Positions 1 through 13,309 of a stretch of 64,000 bases of DNA are shown here, piece after piece. Origin of the DNA: Leucoraja erinacea. Taxonomy: Eukaryota. The DNA lies in NCBI RefSeq assembly GCF_028641065.1, contig NC_073407.1, positions 27,838,001-27,902,000 on the forward strand, given 5' to 3'. Position 1 is the first letter of the stretch, and each line of letters opens with the position of its first letter. Below the pieces are notes generated by a model. That model had not been told where the DNA came from, ran no database searches, and was given only the letters and a program-made list of their open reading frames with translations. Made by a program: the position numbers and the translations under genes.

Positions 1-1234
1 GCAGAATAGACAAACAAATGTTAAATGAAGTTCAATACAAATAAATGCAAGGTTGTTGGAAATGGGTGGGGTGAAGGATTATTTAGTACCAGGCAGGTAA
101 TAGTTCTACATGGGATAGGGGAACTGAAAGATCCCGAGACAAATATCCAACAAGCGCAAGAAGATGCACTAGAATAGATAGAGAAAACATTTGCACTTGT
201 GCAGAAGAGCTGATCTAGGGCAGTCAATAACAGATGGTCACAGAAATCCACCAAAGCATTCAGAATTCACTTTTGACCAACAATGAGAGTGAGAATATGG
301 AATTTAGCCCCACAGGAATGAGTTGAAGTAAATGGTAAACATGAATTTAGGGGAGGTTGAACAGACCATGATGAGGGTGAAGCTACTAGATGTAGTTGAG
401 TACGAGGAGATCTGAATACTGCACAAGCACTAGCATGGGCTGGCTGAGCCACATAGCCGGTTTCCCCTCCTATATTTCCTCCATAATCCAGTGAAGCTGC
501 TAAGCAACACCACATTGTCAGTCGTTTCTGGGTAAAATTAGTCATCGTCCCACTTAAACTCTAAAGAATCTCCTGCTTGGGAATCTCCTGCCTGGATAAT
601 AAATGGAGGTATATGTTTGGGATGAGTGGATTGCAATCATGGATTGTCTTTCTACCGACTGGTTAGCACGCAACAAAAAAAGCCTCAGTACACGTGACAA
701 TCAACTAAACTGAACTGGATTACTGCCCATAAATGTTTCAAACAGCCTGTAGCATTTAGACAGTCATACTGCTACTACACACCCCATTAGCCACTTAATA
801 TAAAGGCTTATGTTCCCCATCAGTTATGGGGGAGTCGGTGGTGAAATGGTAAATCCGGCTACATTTAAAACACATTTGGACAGCTTTATGGATAGGAAAG
901 GTTTGGTGAGACATGGGATGGTGCAGACAAGTATAACTAGCTCAGTTAGGCAACATAGTTTGAATGGACATGTGGCGCGGTTTGGAGGGATATGGACAAA
1001 AAGCGGGCAGGTGGGACTAGTGTAGCTGGGACATGTTGGCCAGTGTGGGCAAGTTGGGCCGAAGGACCCCTTTCCACATTATATCACTCTCTGGATGAAG
1101 AGCCCGTTTCCATGCTGCAAAGGCTCTAGAACCATTACCTTGTTGAATGCCATAGGACCTTGTCAAGAGCACAGAACTATGTGACCCTGGACCAAATTGG
1201 CATTCTTACAGAAGCCAAAAGGTCATCTGTGAAT

Positions 1235-1367
1235 GTTTAAGAAGGAACTGCAGATGCTGGAAAATCGAAGGTAGACAAAAATGCTGGAGAAACTCAGCGG
1301 GTGAGGCAGTATCTATGGAACGAAGGAAATAAGCAACGTTTCGGGTCGAAACCCTTCTTCAGACCTA
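1235..1367 (-). mobile_element. Penelope-like element terminal-repeat fragment carrying a minimal hammerhead ribozyme motif
   Basis: Minus strand TAGGT-CTGAAGA-A-GGGT-TTCG-ACCC-GAAACGTT-GCTTA. The same repeat abuts the PLE ORF remnant at 33550-34560. Confidence 0.65.
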
Positions 1368-1626
1368 GGTCATTTGTGAAGTTGGGAAAGTGGACTGGGG
1401 AAGGGAGGTTTAAAATGATAACGTACTGCTGGGTTGCAACTTGACCTGAATGTTTTTGCAAAATTATGGTCAAAATTAGGCAATTGTAAAAATGAAATCA
1501 CATAATTCATCCAGCTAATCTTCTTTGGCACAAACAGACAAGGAAATATGGCAAATGACACCACCTGTCCATAAGAATTTGGCTCGCCTATAGGCAGCAG
1601 GTTATCACTTGAAATAAAATGCCTAC

Positions 1627-4017
1627 CTTCTTCCTGGTGGAGCCACTCTTGGACAGACAAGATCTCTCCAATGACAGATACCCTCCTATCACCTGGATAT
1701 CTTCGGCAGCTGGATAGCGCTTCTTTAATAACACCTCCAGTTTAACAAATGCCGGATCAAGATCTTCAACTAGCTGCTCAGCAGTTCCATTTGTATCAAC
1801 AGGAGCCTCTTGGCCAGTGTTTGCTGGTTTTCTTTGAGGAACAACAGTAAATGTATTCCCACTCTTCCGTTGCATAAAGAGGTGTTGTGGGTCACCAAAA
1901 GATTTGTCGGAAGGTTTGTCTTTTTTTACTGTTGGTTTTGCTATGGCTGGCTGTTTAAGAATTTCTTCAGTGTCCAAAATATCATCTATATTAGTAACAG
2001 GGAGATCACCTTTTCTAATTAATGTCACACTAGTTTCGTCATTCTGCTCTGCCTCTGGCAACTCTGTAGGCAATATGCTCGAAGTTTCTTCCCCAGGTGA
2101 AAATGATGTGTGCCTGGAAGCAATGCTATAACTACCCATGAATGTAGGCTTATTAAAGTTATCCATATCAAAATCTTCGTGTGAGGGAGAAGATTCTGCA
2201 TCCGATAGCATTTCTTCTTTTCCCTGATCACAGTCAGATGGGCTACTTATTTCCTGTGAAATAGCTGAAATTATGTCTGTTTGAATCTCAGTGGGAATGG
2301 ATGCACTAATGTCAGGTTTTGGCTCTTCATCAGATTTATTGCTCGTTTCCCAAGAATCACAAACATCAAGGTATGCCACAGAGGTTTCTGCTCTTTTCTT
2401 TGGAATCACAACAAATGAGTTCTTGGATTGCTTTTTAAGATTTGCTAATGCTCTTGACTGGATATCATCTTCTGGAATGGATTCAAAATCTGGTGGAGTG
2501 GCAGGAATGATCTCAAAGGAGTTATTGAGACTAGTGGAAGCAGACACGCCATTACATTGGTTTGGAGTGACTTTGGCTGAACCTTCCACCTTATGATTCT
2601 GCTTCACTTTCCCCAAGGGAATGGCACTGGGATTCACAGATGAAGGGACATAGTAACCATCAGATACAGTGGGTGGGGGTGCGTCAGGGCATGATTTGAG
2701 AGATTTTCTTGCATCCACTTCATATTTTGGCCTCCATTTATCAGCTCCTTTAGAAACCTCCATGCTGGGTGTTTGAAGAGGAGACACCTCACCATTCGCA
2801 ACGTGACTTGCATTAGCCCGATGTTCGCCCCCCTTCACTAAGTGTACATCATTTCCCACAAAATCAACCTCAGGGTGACCATTCTCCATGACCTTATTCT
2901 CCTTATCGGCGCAATCTTTCAACGTGTTCTGGTTACTCTTGTGTGACGGAACTTTCCTAACCAGCGACTGCTTCTGCCACCCATCGGCATGCATACCTTC
3001 AAACTGCTTACGATAGGAAGACACCGAGTACGAACGATCTTCAGAAATGCTGGTATCCTGATCCTTTAAGGCAACATGGGAAAGAGAAGGCATCCGCCCA
3101 GGGGACAGTGGTGCGGAATACCTGGTGGGGGAGAAGAGCGGAGATGATTTGGGATGAGAGGGAGCCGTGCTGTCCGGGTCAGGTGATCGTGCAAACTCCG
3201 AGTGCGAGGAGCCCCAGGCTGTGGAGTGGGGGTCGGGCCGTACTGGCCCTGGGTTGTGCTTTGTAAGGACCAGAGGTTTTGGCAACAAGAGTGGCTTGCT
3301 CTGTCGTTCCTTGGCGGAGATGCCGTCCAGCAGATTCTCCGTGCTCCGCGACCGGGCAGGCTTCACATAGTTTTGGTCGAACTTCTCTAGCAGGCGGCTG
3401 ACCTTGCCGTGCAGGTGTCCAGAGCCCTCCGTGCCCAGCGTGCTCAGGTTCTCCTCGCTGCGGCTCAGCGGCGCCTCGTACACGAACACCTCTGCGGCTC
3501 GGATCTCGGCCACGCCGGCCTCGCTCAGCCGGGACGAGTCGTCGTGCCTCAGGCCGACCTCAGTGAAGTAGTCGGGGTCGGACTCGATGATGATGATGTT
3601 GTCGGCGCGGATGGTGCGCACCCCCGGGATTTGGCTGTAGAGCTCCAGGAGCTGCGGCATAGAGCGGCCGGAGCCGGGGCCGGACCCCAGACCCAGACCC
3701 GCCGGCTCCCGCTGCCGCTGCCACCGCTCCCGCTTAATGAACGGGTTCTCCTGAACGGGAGCGATGTTCTCCAGCAGCACGGCGCCGCCATCCACCTCGT
3801 CCTCACCCAGCCCCCGGCTCGGGCCTTGTGTCCAGCCGCCACCGTGAGGGGCGTGAGGGGCGCTCCCGGCCCGAGCTCGCTCCCAGCCCGGGCTCGCCTG
3901 CTTGGCCTTGCGCCGCTCCAGGATCTCCCGCTTCCAGGCCGGCATCCTCGCCACCGCCTGCGCCTCTGGGCCCGGCTCCAGGGCGCGGGGCAGCGGCCTC
4001 TGTTCACTCAGCGACAT
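1627..4017 (-). CDS. TPRN: Taperin, first coding exon (797 codons); gene continues beyond the left edge of the window
   Basis: ATG at 4017 (MSLSEQ...). Phostensin/taperin N-terminal motifs MPAWKREILERRKAK, QENPFI and IPGVRTIRADNIIIIES. Ends SCLSKSGSTRKK followed by donor GTAGGC at 1626, just before the expected KISF PP1-binding motif. Adjacent to TMEM203/NDOR1 as in human. Confidence 0.92.
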
Positions 4018-4130
4018 GCCCGCCCGACCTCCCTCACTCAGCGTTGCCGACTCGACTGTCCTCTCCCGCCCGGCCCCGGTCCTCCAGCTCCTCTCCTCCA
4101 ACGTCCCGCCGGCCAACGCACCCCGCCCTC

Positions 4131-4200
4131 GTCTCCATGGCGACCGCCATAGTCACCGGTGGGCGGGCCGGGGAGCGCTCGGCATCGCCATCTAGCGGCA
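4131..4200 (-). promoter_or_regulatory. TPRN CpG-island promoter with X-box-like (RFX) and CTCF-like motifs
   Basis: On the minus strand, GTCGCCATGGAGAC at 4131-4144 and TGCCGCTAGATGGCGA at 4185-4200. CpG-dense region about 3400-4210. Confidence 0.5.
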
Positions 4201-4277
4201 GGCGGGCGGAGGCGGCAGGAGCTGCAGACACAGGTGTGTGAGAGAGAACCCACCTGGGGCACTCACTTATCCCCACA

Positions 4278-4612
4278 GGTAGACACAGAGTGTTGGAGTA
4301 ACTCAGGGGGACTGGACAGGCAGCATCTCTGCACAGAAGGAATGGGTGGCGTTTCGGGTCGAGACCCTCCTTCAGGCTGAGAGTCAGGGGAGAGAGAGAC
4401 TAGAGATATGGAAGGGCAAGGTGTGAAAACAACAGAGCAGAGCAGAGGGTTACACAAAAAAGCTGGAGAAACTCAGCGGGTGCAGCAGCATCTATGGAGC
4501 GAAGGAAATAGGCAACGTTTCGGGCCGAAACCCTTCTTCAGACTGAGCAGAGCAGACGCTGCTCAAGGAAATGTAGAATGGTTCATGGTTAGCTGAGGGG
4601 AAGGTGACAAGG
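4278..4612 (-). mobile_element. Nested Penelope-derived terminal-repeat fragments
   Basis: Two copies of the repeat (one reads gctggagaaactcagcggg...cccttcttcagactga). Hammerhead-like core at 4514-4541. Confidence 0.6.
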
Positions 4613-7056
4613 TAACATCCACTAAATTTCAACTCTTCCTCTGCACATCCTTTTGAAGCTGTTGTTTTTAAAAATATGTTTAAGGAACATTGATCAACTC
4701 AGGAAAGCGCTGGAGGTAATAAATTACCAGTGGTTTTATTTGAATGAAGAAGCAGACAAGGGGCCGAATGGTCCACTCTGGTATTTCTTTCCTTTCCCAC
4801 GACTCTCCTCATTTACCACATGCGTCCATGTTTATCTGTTACCCAACAGGCTAACAATGTATAGATGGTACTCACTGGCAAAGTAGTTTAATTTTTATCA
4901 ATGGTACTTTATTGTCATGTGTACCTAAGTACAGTGAAACTCTTATTTTTTAATGCAATTCAGTGACAAATCTACTACACGTTTGTCACTTTCATACTAA
5001 GCACTAGACTAGAGTGTAAGATATTAGACTATAGTGAGGCAGGACACAAGCGTCGCCACATTTTAGGTGCCATTTTGTAACCTTCACCGTTTTTTCTAAA
5101 TGTTTGAATCTTAACCTGGCCATACCGAGTCCACACTGACTATCGATCATCCGTTCACACTAGTTCTATGTTATCCCACTTTATCACCCACTCCCTACAT
5201 ACTAGAGACCATAGACAGCAGCCAAATAACCTACAAGGGAGCAACATTAGAGCTGCTGCCACACAGCGCCAGAAACCTGGGTTCAGTTTGTACCTTCTCC
5301 CTGTGACCACGTGGATTTTCCCTGGGTGCTCCAGTTTCATCCCACACTCCAAAGACATACAGGTTTGTTGGTTAATTGGCTTCGATAAAATTATAAATTG
5401 GCCCTAGTGTGTAGGATAGTGCGTGTACGGGATGATCGCTGGTCGGCATGGACTTGGTGGGCCAAAGGGCCTGTTTCAGCAGAGTATTTAAGTCTAAAAG
5501 TCTAAAAACCTGCACGTCTTTAGTGTGCCCTGCGAGATGCACAATAAAGATAATGTCACTGTGCTGTGGTTTTGGGGCTTTGGTATATAGATCTAACAGT
5601 GAAGAAATAATCTGTCAGGATACTGGGTAAATAAGGCAAAGCACAGTCGATGCTACAGATCTGAAATAAAACATTATCAGTTCAGGAGAAAGAGTTTCAA
5701 TTCAGTAAGATAATTGACTAGTGTGACAAAGTGCAAATCCTTGTAATCATTCAAAAAATATGTATGAGGACAGACATACATATTTGTCTAATCACACTGT
5801 AGAAGTTAATACTCCTCCAAAGGTCAGCGGATAAGACGTCACCCTGCCATTGAACTGAGGCACTAACTGCTCCCTGAATTCTCTCTGACTTGCATCATGA
5901 AACCATTCTATGACCTCTGGCTTGATGGATATGTTCAGTTGTGAGATTACTTGAAAATCTGGAAAAGGTTGCAGAAGATATTGGTATCCATTACTGTCAC
6001 ATGTACCAAGATAGAGTGAAGAACATTAGTGTGCTATTCAGGCAAACCATACCATAGATGAATACATCAAATAAGGCAAAAGAGAAAATAAAAGTTCAGA
6101 ATGTAGTGTTACAGCTATGGAGAAAATGCAGATTTTTTTTAAAGTGCAAGGGCTGCAATGAGGTACATTGGAAGATCGGGATTTCATTCTCAGCATGTGA
6201 GATATGTTCAAGAGCCTGTGACCAAGGGAAGAATGTGTTCTTGACTCTGGTGGTACATGCTTTCAGCATTTGTATCTTCCTGCAGTCCGTCCTTTCACAG
6301 GCCGTCTTTTCACAACAGAGTTGACAGAGTGTCTTTGACCTGTTGAGTATTTCCAATATAGTAGAAGCTGCCAGAGTTGGTATCTAGAATCAAGGGGCAT
6401 CATTTACGATGGAGATGAGGAGGAATGGCTACCAGATTTATCTACCCCACAGCCCTAAAAGCAGAATCACCTCCATTGATGTCTTTATTTAATTTATTTA
6501 AGGCTGGCAGACATATTTCTGGAGAAGAGCCAGGTTGAGGCGCAGGGAAATGGGCAGAAATGTGGGCAAGACCAGAGCATCCATGATCTCATTGACTGAC
6601 ACCATAGGCTCAAGGCCACATCACCGACTGCTGCTCTTATATCTGATGTCACTGTTGAGTCTGCAATGTCTCCCAACATCAGTGGGGTGATTCCACTCCA
6701 TGGTATTTATCCACCCTCTTTTCCGCTCTTTAAATATTTCTGCCTAGTTGTTATAGTAACAGGTCACACACTGGAATACAGAAACTCTCTCAGTAATGTT
6801 GCGTGTTCCACCCACTATGGCATTCACACAGTCAACACCCTGCGTGATGATTTCTGCAGCTCGTTTCCATAACACAGAGAGACTAAAAAACAATAAAAGT
6901 CTAGTTTGATAAATTAATCTGTATGTGAACAACTACTAAACTAAAAGGAACAATTGTGGAGACTATACAGACATGTTAGTATATAAATTGTTTCTATGAT
7001 CCGGTGATGCCTGTGACTGGTTGCTTGGGTTTGTGCATGCTAGTGAAATAAGTGTG

Positions 7057-7432
7057 NNNNNNNNNNNNNNNNNNNNNNNNNNNNNNNNNNNNNNNNNNNN
7101 NNNNNNNNNNNNNNNNNNNNNNNNNNNNNNNNNNNNNNNNNNNNNNNNNNNNNNNNNNNNNNNNNNNNNNNNNNNNNNNNNNNNNNNNNNNNNNNNNNNN
7201 NNNNNNNNNNNNNNNNNNNNNNNNNNNNNNNNNNNNNNNNNNNNNNNNNNNNNNNNNNNNNNNNNNNNNNNNNNNNNNNNNNNNNNNNNNNNNNNNNNNN
7301 NNNNNNNNNNNNNNNNNNNNNNNNNNNNNNNNNNNNNNNNNNNNNNNNNNNNNNNNNNNNNNNNNNNNNNNNNNNNNNNNNNNNNNNNNNNNNNNNNNNN
7401 NNNNNNNNNNNNNNNNNNNNNNNNNNNNNNNN
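7057..7432. other. Assembly gap (376 N)
   Basis: Run of N. Confidence 0.99.
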
Positions 7433-7901
7433 CACTCCATACACGCACCCACACAAGGTTCTGTAGGCACAACATGGGTACTGATTCTGGGTGATCAGCC
7501 ATGATCATATTGAATGGTGGTGATGGCTCGAAGGGCTGAACGTCCTACTCCTGCACCAATTGTCTATGTTTCTATGTTAACATACCACACAAGGGATGAT
7601 ACTGAATGCAGGGAGTTGAATAAAGCCTTACAGAAAGTTGCTGTTCTTCTCGGGGGAGTTTGCCTCGCACTCTGTGAGCTTTGCATGCTGAGCTCCCAGA
7701 ATGAGAGGAACATGTGCATCTTTAGGCTTGCAATAGCACGAGTGTGAAGAAGTAATAGACGTGATTCATTCCTTGACTTGGTATCAGTATCAGTTTATTA
7801 TTGTCGCTTGTGCCGAGATACAGTGAAAAGCTTTGCCTGCTGCCCTGTCAAATCATACTTATAACACTGGCAATAGCATCATATGCAGAAACCTTGGCAT
7901 G

Positions 7902-7982
7902 TAATTATCTTATGTCTGTTGGGGAAGGAAAACTGCTGAATCTAACAGCAGTTTTCCTTCCCCAACAGACATAAGATAATTA
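7902..7982. repeat. Perfect 37-bp inverted repeat with 7-nt loop
   Basis: taattatcttatgtctgttggggaaggaaaactgctg-aatctaa-cagcagttttccttccccaacagacataagataatta. Confidence 0.95.
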
Positions 7983-8409
7983 TTTGTATTTTAAAATCTA
8001 TCCAAAGTTTCCATGTGACATAGTTGATATCATTTTTCTGAAATATTTTGGTGGAATTTGAAGATCTCCCCCTGTCCCAGGAACAGAACCACACAGGGAC
8101 TGTAGCCCTGAAAGCAACTGATGATCAGTTAGTGACAACCTTCCTCTGCTGGGTGTGGCAAAGGGTTAAAGCACCACTCCACGTGATCTAACTACACGGT
8201 GAAAGGGCGATTCATTGCGCCCTGGGCTGGTCCTTGTTACAGCTTGTTCTGCCGCACACTCCTTCAACCTGCGTCGTTGTCACTGTCCAAGAGACAGAGA
8301 ATGTGCAGTGATTCTTCAGCACTCCATTTTAGTTTAGTAATGTGCAACACACGTTTCACATAATGGCCTGCTGTTGCTCTTCCATGCCAGGTAATGTCAC
8401 TCTTCCACA

Positions 8410-9105
8410 AGTTCATAAATTCCAGGAGCATTCCGGCCCATCACGTCTACTCCACCATTCAATCATGGCTGATCTATCTTTCCCTCTCAACCCCATTCTC
8501 CTGCCTTCTCCCCATAATCCCTGACACTTGTACTAATCAAGAATCTTCCAATCTCCACCTTAAATTGAATTGGCCTCCACAGCCTTTTGTGACAATGAAT
8601 TCCACAGATTCACCGCCCTCTGACTAAAGAAATTCCTCCTCATCTCCTTTCTAAAGGTATGTCCTTTATTCTGCGGCTGTGCCCTCTGGTCCTGGACTCT
8701 CCCTACCTACGTTTCCATCATTTTCTCGTGTTGCTGCCACCTCCTGCTTGATGGATTCTGCATTTTTCCGATGACAGGTGGCTCATCTAGTTTCTTGCTT
8801 TCTCTCTCCTTTCTTGAATTACATTTGCTGTTTTTCAATCATAAGTTCATGTCATAAGAGCAGGGTTGGGCCATTAGATCCATCGAGTCTACTCCGCCAT
8901 TCAATCACACTAATCTATCTTTCCCCCTCATCCCACTGTTCCTTCTTCTCCCTGTGATGTTTGATGCCGAACTAATCAAGAATCTGTCAATCTCCACCTT
9001 AAAATGACCTAATGATAACTACTCAGCTATCTGTGGCAATTAATTCCAGATTCACCACCCTCTGACTAAAGAAATTCCTCCTCATCCCCTTCCTAAAGGT
9101 ACATT
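8410..9105 (-). mobile_element. Two CR1-type LINE 3'-end fragments
   Basis: Reverse complement of the recurrent CR1 tail seen at 13310-13650 and 63240-63600. Confidence 0.7.
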
Positions 9106-10959
9106 CACTGATAACTATATTGGAACATCACTTCCAGCCTGTCCACTATTTCTTATCTTTATATAGATCAGATATAAGCCATCAAGTCTAAGTAAACCTT
9201 TGGTTCCAATGGTTTATGTAGTACTAGAGCAAAATGCAACAGAGACTACAATTAATACCAGCTACTAAATACACAGCCGTTCCAACCTTGAGATGCACTG
9301 ATACATCACCAGCTAAATTCATAACCTCGACCACCATGTCACTAGGACTCAATCATAGAATGTAAAACAGTACTCACAAGAACAGGCCCTTTGGCCCACC
9401 ATGCTTGTGCTGGACATGATGCCAAGGCCAACTCTTATCTGCCTGCACATAATCCATATCCCTCCATTTCCTACTGGTCCAAATGCCTTTACAAGTCGCT
9501 TAAATGCCATTCGACACCAATCACCAGCTCCTGCAATGCGCTCCAGAAACCCACCCTCTGTGTAAAGTAACTCTCCCCACCCCCCACCCCCCCCTGCACA
9601 TCTTTAAACGTTGCCTCCACTTTAAAGCTTTGCCACCCAGCGTTTGATTTCTCCACCCTGGGGGACAGGTTGTGACTGTCCACTCTATCTGTGCCTCTCA
9701 TACTTTATATACTTCCATCAGGTCTCCCTGCAACCACTTCTTCCCTCCTTTATTATATTCCTCAAAGGCCCTGTGGAATCATTTTAACCCTTGCATTGGT
9801 TACCTTTTTCTTTTGGACCAAATTTACAACTGTTTGGCCATCCAAGGTTCCCTTATCCTCATCATTATCCTTCCTAGAACATGCTGGTTCTAAACTTTGA
9901 TCAACTGGCCCTTAAACAACTCCCACGTCAGATGTGGACTTACCCATTAATAACTGCTCCCAGTGTACCCTCCGGAGCTGCCTAATAACGTTATTGATTA
10001 CCTTACAACAATATTTAAACCCTTTCCGTATGGTCCAACCTCCCTATTCAAAACAACCTTAAAACATACATTGTGATCACTATCCCCATAATGCTCCCCC
10101 ACTGAAACACCAGTCACATGGCTGTTTTCCAACACGGACGGAGCTTCGACTGCCCCGACCGTGGGAGAATAAAGATGAAGAAGACTAGACTTTATGGCCT
10201 TCCATCACATGAGGAATCCACTGTGGTAGATGTTTATGTAGTTGTGTGTCTTGTTGCTTTTTTTTTAGTATGGCTGTATGGTAATTGGAGTTTCACTGCA
10301 CCTTGATTGGTATATGTGACAATAAACTGACCTTTGAACATGTTCCCTTCTCAGGTTGGAGTATCCACATACTGTTTCAAGAAACCTTCTGCCCAATGTA
10401 AGCCTTTGTCACTGAGCAAGTCCCATTCAATATTGGGGAAGTTAAAGTCACAACTACCATAACACTGTTGCTATGGAGAGCAGGAGCAGCATGTTCATGG
10501 GAACACCGCCACCTACAGGTTCCCTTCCCAGTTACACACCAGCCCTTTCTCGTTTCCATTTTGACTAAATATTTCTGTAACTTTATGAGTGCTCTATAAT
10601 AGCCAATTATGGCATTAGCCGCAGCTAATCTTCCCCTTTTATTAGTATCTACAGGTTTTTATGTTGCTCACCAGATTCCTTTTTCCAATGTCCCTTATCT
10701 TAGGATTTGCTGCTTTTTTGGTAACATCAGCAGTCTTCTGCTTTGACCTATTTTTAAACTTAGTTTGATGGCCATAGCTGAACCATTTATTCTATTGAGT
10801 TTTTATTTTGCCTTAAATGGATATTTTCTACATTTAGATTATATTTACATTCTTTAAACGTTAGCCATTGCTTGTTTATTCCCATATCTTTTAATGCAGT
10901 TCTGCCAACTCAGCCGACTGACATAGGATCAGATAAGATTAGAGCTAATTTAGTTTAGA

Positions 10960-11240
10960 GTTTAGTTTTCAGGCCCTTCGGTCCACTGAGTCTGCGCCGA
11001 CTAGCGATCCCCGCACTAACACTATCCTACACACACACACCACACACACGAGGAACAATTTACAATTATACCAAGCCAACTAATTTACATGTCTTTGGAG
11101 TGTGGGAGGAAACCGGAGAAACCCACACAGTCACAGGGAGAACATGCAAACTCCATACAGACAGAACTCGTAGTCAGGATGGAACCCGGGTCTCTGGCGC
11201 TGTGAGGCAGCAACTCTATCCTTGCACCACAGTGCAGCCC
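10960..11240 (-). mobile_element. SINE-like interspersed repeat
   Basis: Related copies at about 5120-5520 and 25540-25775 (tgtctttggagtgtgggaggaaaccggag...gtcaggatggaacccgggtctctggcgctgtgaggc). Confidence 0.6.
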
Positions 11241-11459
11241 TTCTCTAACATCTAGTAACTATTACAGAGATGCGGTTACAGGGTCGCCAACTAAAGGTTC
11301 AGGTCTCCCGGTTGCTTTTTCAGATGTAATGCTCCGATTCCTGATGGAATTATTTCACTGTCAATCTTTATATTACACTCTCATATTATTGTCACTTTTC
11401 TTCAAAGACCAGATCACCTGCTTATTAGAAAATACTAGATACACAACACTAAAATACCA

Positions 11460-11780
11460 GCTTCCTTCCATGGTCTCCATCTACACTTCATACTGTCAGG
11501 GCAATGCCACCTGCATAATGAAGGACCAGTCTAACCCTTGTGAATCCATCTTCTCCCCTCTCCCATCAGGCCCGAGGTACAGAAGTTTGAAAAAGCATAC
11601 CGCCAGATTCAGGGATAGTTTCTTCCCAGCTGTTATCAGGCAAATAAACTGTCCTCTCATCTACATCTTTGATTAGACTTCATCTTGCACCAAATATTGT
11701 ACCATTTGATATCCTTTATTTGTGCACTGTAGATGTGTAGCCTTTTCTTTGAATGGAAAGCACATAAACAAAAGCTTTTA
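11460..11780 (+). mobile_element. LINE 3' fragment (L2/Rex1-like RT C-terminus)
   Basis: FSPLPSGPRYRSLKKHTARFRDSFFPAVIR. Paralogous to 43935-44400, 48070-48260 (-) and 60870-61010 (-). Confidence 0.65.
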
Positions 11781-13309
11781 ATTGTGTCTTGTTTTTTTTT
11801 GCAAAAATCGATCTCGCATCTTTTCGAGTTTAATGATGTCCACTTCCTTGTCCCGTCTGTATCAGAGTGCCTACAGATCCTTTCCCTACCACTCCATGTT
11901 TCTCTCCAGCCCAGAGATGTCCTTAACCCAGGCAGTCCAGAAATCTTCCAGTGGAACAATATCATCCTCCTAATGATATTGCCCCCTCCTACCACCTCAT
12001 CCCTTCTCACTCCCCACTTTTAATGCCCCTCTCTGTAAGGTAATGGGATCAGTATGCTCATTCATCTCACAGCCTCTGTTCTAAACTACACAGACTGGAA
12101 GAACCTCTACTAGATCCCCACTCTTGCCTCACTAATATTCACACCTTCCAGCCCTTCTACACTGACCAAGTCTAAAATATCTAACCCTCGGGATATGACT
12201 ATCTCCTGGAACAAAGTGTCCAGGTAACCTTCCCCTCCTTGATACATCAGGCTCCAAAGATGAGGCATAATCTTATTGAGAGAAGGCATCGTGGATCACC
12301 TACTCCCCTTTCCTACATTGTTACATTTGTTTAATCTTAAACCATAGATAGATAGTTGATGGACAGCTGCAAGATGATGAGAAACAGATCTTTATTACTT
12401 CAGGTTAGAAGAATGAATCGACTGGAATACAACTGCACGAGATCATCATGACTAAATGTCTATAAAAGCATCCATTTAAGCAAAAGTATCAGTTCAATTA
12501 AAATTCTTGTTTGAATGCAGATTACATTTTCTCTATAAGTCTCTGAAATGCAGAACTTAAAACAAGAGTGAAAGACAATGTGAAGCTTGTAGGCACCACT
12601 GCCAGGGAGCTGTGGGAGTAGCGTTACAGCTGGATACCTGTGAATGGAGTGGGAGAATGTACCAAGTCCTGCGTCCACAATAACTGCACATGGTGCAATA
12701 TTCTTGCTGCCGTCTACAGGTCAAGGATTCCTATCAGGTCGAGCTCAGTATGGCACAGGGATTTATTTGTGTAAGAAGGAACTGCACAAGCTGGTTTAAA
12801 CCGAAGATAGACACAAAAAGCTAGAGTAACTCAGCCGGACAAGCAGCATCTCTGGAGAAAAGGAATAGGTGACGTTTTGCGTCGAGACCCTTCAGACACT
12901 CTTCAGGGATTTATTTGTTAGTAGGACCAGGCCCACTATCTCACAGAACTGACACAACACAAACTGTGTGAATTATTTGTAGTGTGTGATGTTGAAATAG
13001 GGACTGTAATTACAACTGTAAAATAATTGATCAGCCTCTCAGTATTACCTGAAGCACATCACAACAAATCACTGCAATGATGTTACTGTTCCTTCAGTAA
13101 CTGGTCAACCATTATGTACACAGCAAAACCCATAATAAACAATGAAATGAATGACTGCCAAATGTTTCAGCCATTGTTGACTAAAGAAGGAATGTTGGGT
13201 GTGAAAAGCAAACTTACAACTCCTCAAAATTCACCTGCAACACCAACAAACTTTGGTTTTAACACTGAATCTATAACACCACCTTTAACCATGCAGCATT
13301 CCTCTGATA

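Noticed and set aside
4018-4116. 33-codon N-terminal extension of TPRN in the ORF track
   Set aside because: Starts at a non-ATG codon in a GC-rich leader; no supporting homology recognised
3409-4152. 247-aa antisense ORF over TPRN exon 1
   Set aside because: Shadow of a GC-rich coding strand
6963-7508. ORFs spanning the N run
   Set aside because: Artefacts of the assembly gap
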